A DNA stretch of 64,000 nucleotides from Microbotryum violaceum. Lineage: Eukaryota. A program made the translations under genes and the position numbers. Below are positions 59,709 to 64,000 of the stretch, piece after piece. Below the pieces are notes generated by a model. The model had not been told where the DNA came from, did not search any database, and was given only the letters and a program-made list of their open reading frames with translations. The stretch spans positions 682,001-746,000 of the forward strand of contig CDLV01000009.1 in assembly GCA_001244265.2 (NCBI GenBank), read 5' to 3'. Position 1 is the first letter of the stretch. Every line of letters starts with the position of its first letter.

Positions 59709-62322
59709 ATGGTCAAAATCAGAAAGAGTAAGCGACTCAAAATACTTAGACACCTCATGATCCTCTCCCCCTTCCCCGGTTGTATGAACTCTCCCTCACT
59801 GACCCCGGTCGTCGCCCCTTCGCAACAGAGTCGAGCAAGCGAACGACGACCCACATGAGGTCCAAGGTGGCCAAGAAGGTGTCCGAGTCGCACCGCAAAG
59901 CCAAGAAGACGGCCAAGAAGGATGTCACGTGGAAATCGAGTAAGTTGGGACCGGTCATAGCGGTTTGTGAAGACTACGACTTGGGGATCAAGCCGATTCC
60001 GAACGGCCCGACTCCGCAATCATGGAGCAAGATGGGGTCGGAAGTGTGATGAGCCACTGCAGGATACTTCGAGAGATTATCGACATTGAAAGTCTCACGT
60101 TCGGCATATCGAGACCACGCACACTGACTCACTTACATCTCTCGCCCCACTTCAGACAAACCCAAGGAACTCGGTATTCCCAACTCGTTCCCTTACAAGG
60201 ACCAATTACTCGCCGAAGCAGCTGCAGAGAAAGCCCAGGTATGCATACTTGCGCCTATCTTTTGTTATGAAACAGGAAAGAAGACTGACCTATGCCCTCC
60301 TCTCTCGCACGGCGAATCCTCGTTCCGCTCCTCCCTCGAACCCCTGTCCTGCTCTACCCTCCCCCTTCCCACCTGTCAGGCCGAAGCCGAGAAACAAGCG
60401 CGACGAGAAGCCTCTCGAAATGGTACATCCACCACTTTAGCCTCAACAGCCGCTCTCGCCGCGGCCCTCGCCGCCGACTCCCAACGACTCGAAGACGAAT
60501 CCGCCTTCGACGAAGAGGAGGGCGAAGCTCAAGTCAACGACGCGAGTCTCAAGTTGCACGCCAAGAGTTTGAGGAAGGTGTTGGAGACGAGTGATGTGTT
60601 GATTGAGGTTCTTGATGCGAGGGATCCGGTCGGGACGAGGTGTAGGGCTGTGGAGAGGGAGTTGAAGGGTTTGGATGGGGGGAGGAAGAAGCTTGTGCTG
60701 GTGCTGAATAAGATTGGTGAGTGGCTGTCGTTCAGTACGGCATGGCATGACCACTGATTCCGGAGCCATGTCACACCCAGATCTTGTTCCCCCTCCCGTC
60801 GTGCAAGCCTGGCTCGCGTACCTGCGCACCCAAGCTCCCACAATTCCCTTCAAATCCTCTACCCAGCAACAACGCCAACACCTCTCCGCATCCTCCGCCC
60901 ACACACCCACGAACGCCTCGGGATCCTCGACCAAACCCTTGATGGAATTGATCAAAGGATTCCGCATCAATCCTACACCTTCCACTTCGACCGAACAGAA
61001 ACTGAAGCATTCATTGACGATCGGATTGATTGGCCATCCGAACGTCGGCAAGAGTAGTTTGATCAATACGCTCAAGAGGAGTAAGGCGTGTTCCGTCGCG
61101 CCTACGCCTGGGTGGACCAAGGAGGTACAGGAGGTTGTTTTGGAGAAGGGAATCAGAGTGCTGGATTGCCCTGGTGTGGTTGTGGAGGCGAGGGGTGAGG
61201 TCGAGGGTTCGTTGAGGGGTATGGTCAAGGCGGAGGATGTGCGAGATCCTAAAGCACCCAGTGAGTTCATACCTTGTTCAAACGCTCCGCTTCTGTAGCA
61301 TCTGGGTTCTAACCCTCGGAGGCTCTCTTTCCCCAGTCGAATTGATCCTACAGCGCTGCAAGAAGGAACACCTCCAAATGCTCTACAACATCCCCGCCTT
61401 CATCGGCACCAACGGCTTCTTACTCGAAGTCGCTCGCGCCAAAAGGCGACTGCGCAAAGGCGGTGTACCTGATATCGAAGGGACCGCACGATCGATCCTT
61501 CGTGATTGGGTCGCAGGGCGGATTCCTTACTACACCTCCCCTCCTAGCGTGCCGACTTTATCGACGACGGTCAGCGTCACCCCCGTTGCGGCTGCAACGG
61601 AGTCGATGGGAACGGTGACGGATACGGATGTGAACCAATCGACTCTTTTGACTGAATTCGCGCCCGCGTTTGATCTGGCCGCGTTGTTCGGTGAAGCGGA
61701 TGCCGTCGCTTTTGGTGAACAAGGGGTTGCTGGATCGGCGGTGGTTGGGAAGGCGGTCAAGATGGAGGGTATGGAGGTGGAGACGGAGGACTCGAATGTT
61801 GGGTGGGTGACGGGGGAGATGAGTGAGGATGAGGATGAGGGTGGGATCGATGTGGATGATCTGTTGGATGATGAGGTGGAGCAAGTTGATGAGGAAGGGG
61901 ATGTCTCGATGAACGTTGAGCCGACCAAGCCTACGAACAAGAAGCAGGCACGTTCGATGCCGACGATCGTCTCCGTCGCTCCTGCGGCATCGAACAAGCA
62001 GAAGAATAAATCGGTCACATTCCAACCTTCGGCCAACACGGTCAACACCAAATCGATCGTTGAGGAGACGCAAGGGATCGGGTTGAACAAGGCCAATGCG
62101 AAGAAGGCCAAGAAGGACAAGAAGAAGCTTAACAAGGTCAACAAGGAGGCGAGCGAGTTTGAGAGTCAGTTTGGCGAAGAGGCGGATATGGTTGGGAATA
62201 AGCCGAGGAAGAGCAGGGTTGTGGCTGGGGGCGTGGTTGGGGAGGCGTATTCGTTTGAAGAGTTCTTTGGGAAGAAGGATGGCGAGATTCTTCAGCCTGA
62301 GGATGACGAGGAAGAGTTGTGA
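59709..62322 (+). CDS. NUG1: Nucleolar circularly permuted GTPase (GNL3/nucleostemin family)
   Basis: Basic N terminus with GIPNSFPYK; SDVLIEVLDARDP, LNKID, GHPNVGKSSLINTL, PGWT, DCPG, KGGVPD. Confidence 0.94.
60042..60134 (+). ncRNA. Candidate intronic box C/D snoRNA in NUG1 intron 2
   Basis: GTGATGA at 60046-60052, CTGA at 60124-60127 and flanking AAGTG/CACTT, inside a ~215-nt intron. The CTGA overlaps a plausible branch point. Confidence 0.3.
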
Positions 62323-62624
62323 GGATAAGGTGTTTTATCCTGGATTTGTAGTCTATTCTTTTTTCCATTCTCTCTTCGTCCATGCATGTCATGTATATCT
62401 AGTCGCGCTCCTTCCTATGCCATGGGAGCAACCGCACAAGTTCGACTTGCGGTCTCTAATGCAGACCAGCGAGCAGCCCTCTCTAGAACATCTCTACCAC
62501 ACCAACCAGCCCAAGAGCAAAAACTAAAACTCATGCTTCGACGTTACAGAAAAAGAAACTCCATCCATCATTGCCAGCCTTCCGGCCATACTCGACCCTA
62601 CTGCGTCCAAATCCTGCTCGTCTC

Positions 62625-63328
62625 CTACCCATCACGACGACGTTCGATCTGCAAGAACGGGCTGTCAATTTTCTCTGTCTCCCAGACGGAGTTTGTGGCG
62701 AACGCTTTTGGGGCTTTGGGTTCGGTCTGTGTGTGCGCGTCGGGATATGGGATAGGAGGTGGTTCCAAGCGGTCGAGCGGTGGTGGATTTTCGCCGGGAG
62801 GGAATGGGCGGACCGAGCAGGTGAGAAAAGGTATTTCGTTAGGGTCCGTGGTAGGATTTCTGAATGAGTGGTATGCGTGTAATTGAACGTACAGACTGTC
62901 CTCGCAGACTGCCGGTCAATCGTCGATCGCGCTCCATCATATTGACCTCCCACGTATCCAAGGTGTGTCGAGCGGGCTATGTGCGAGAGAATTACGGTAA
63001 TCAGTATAGAGCGTTGTGTCATGCACCGTGTGAAGTGGATCGGTCGTACCTTGCCATCGTTGGTCATTCGACGGGCGGCGGAGAAGAGCGTGCCCGTCGC
63101 GGCGAACATGACCGTCAACAGGCCTGTGAGAAATCAAGGTGGATGGAAGCGATAAGCACACAGATCATATCATGCATCGCGCTAGAATAGCTGCCTGGCC
63201 TGAACGGACGGACCAAAGGGGATCAAGGCTTCAAAGGGGACAGGCTGCGATGCGGTCGGCCATGACAAGCGGGAGAGTGTTTAGCTCAGTTCCAGCTGGG
63301 ACAGTCCAAGCGATTGGTCACTCACCAT
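62625..63328 (-). CDS. NDUFA1: Complex I accessory subunit (MWFE/NIMM)
   Basis: Spliced MPVPFEALIPFGLLTVMFAATGTLF...NDGKPARHTLDTWE..MMERDRRLTGSLRGQSTEPKAP. The first coding exon is just ATG. Confidence 0.92.
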
Positions 63329-63590
63329 GGTCGTAGATAGTGGATCGAGCTGCGATTGAGCTGTATGTGCGAGATGTGGACCAGGGAATGAGCGGCGTCG
63401 GGAAGTCGTCGGGAAGTCGCTCGCTCTCGCACCTCCAAGTCTCCAGATCGGCAGGTCCGTTAACCCAGCCAAATGAGCTCCCCCGCGCGGCGAGTTAAGG
63501 CAGCTTTTTTGTTTTTTGGCCCGGTTGGAGGTTGGTACAGGTCGGGTGCACCAATGCCCTCCCCTCCCCATCCCACCCCGGCGCAGTGCA

Positions 63591-63594
<4 letters not shown>

Positions 63595-63624
<30 letters not shown>
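63595..63624 (+). repeat. T30 homopolymer upstream of NDUFA1
   Basis: Direct reading. Confidence 0.9.
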
Positions 63625-63625
<1 letters not shown>

Positions 63626-64000
63626 ATAGACTTCATTAACAGCATAATTATATTAATACCTAGAAATCTTCGGAAAAATCGGAGGGAATGCTGTTACGCA
63701 CACTGGCAGAAGCCAGTAGTGTAGGACTCATTGACCCTGAACCAGGATCAACCATACCCACTAAAACCCCTTTGGTGTCTTACAGAGACACTAGGCGACC
63801 CTTGGACTCCTGGATAGAGGCTCGAAGCCCCTCGAACTCCGTTTCGGTGATCGGTTCCAAAAGATCCGACGAGAATCGACGACGGCGACAAAGCTTCCAG
63901 ATCGAGTGAAAGAAGAGGACTCGTAGTTCGACAAGTCGACGTTCCGAGCGAGACACGACCGGGCATACAAAGTCCACAAAGACTGGGTGGGGGTCGGGGA

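Noticed and set aside
3290-63991. Numerous long antisense or alternate-frame ORFs in the track
   Set aside because: Expected shadows of GC-rich coding sequence; no recognisable domains.
63720-64000. Start of an LTR (TGTAGG...) at the window edge
   Set aside because: Only the TG start supports it; no partner LTR, PBS or coding sequence is visible.

Overview
Gene-dense, intron-rich eukaryotic DNA. Short GT-AG introns with CTRAY branch points, micro-exons and the gene content point to a basidiomycete fungus, probably a Pucciniomycotina/Microbotryomycetes yeast (inference). I spliced about 21 intact genes by hand: EFL1/RIA1 (3' end), an unusual family-X DNA polymerase, auxilin/SWA2, PTH2, a stand-alone hydantoinase-B half of oxoprolinase, XAP5/FAM50, a Ctr copper transporter, NDUFAF3, a class I aminotransferase, a secreted expansin/RlpA-like protein, MSS1/MnmE, an acyl-CoA thioesterase, an HSL-type esterase, MED21, RSC1/2, a Myb protein, HSF1, NUG1, NDUFA1 and several hypotheticals. 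Decayed accessory pieces sit between them, mostly in 8-24 kb. These are a nuclease-like plus kinase pseudogene bracketed by a direct duplication of the oxoprolinase last exon, three separate inverted-repeat structures (one a MITE with a 5-bp TSD), and a truncated FAD-oxidoreductase pseudogene. The best leads are (1) a Pol X with a mitochondrial-type presequence, no BRCT, an apparently dead lyase domain and a Gly-Gly steric gate, and (2) the nuclease-kinase insertion flanked by a duplicated host 3' exon. Exon boundaries and family calls come from manual reading and remembered motifs; no database search was run.
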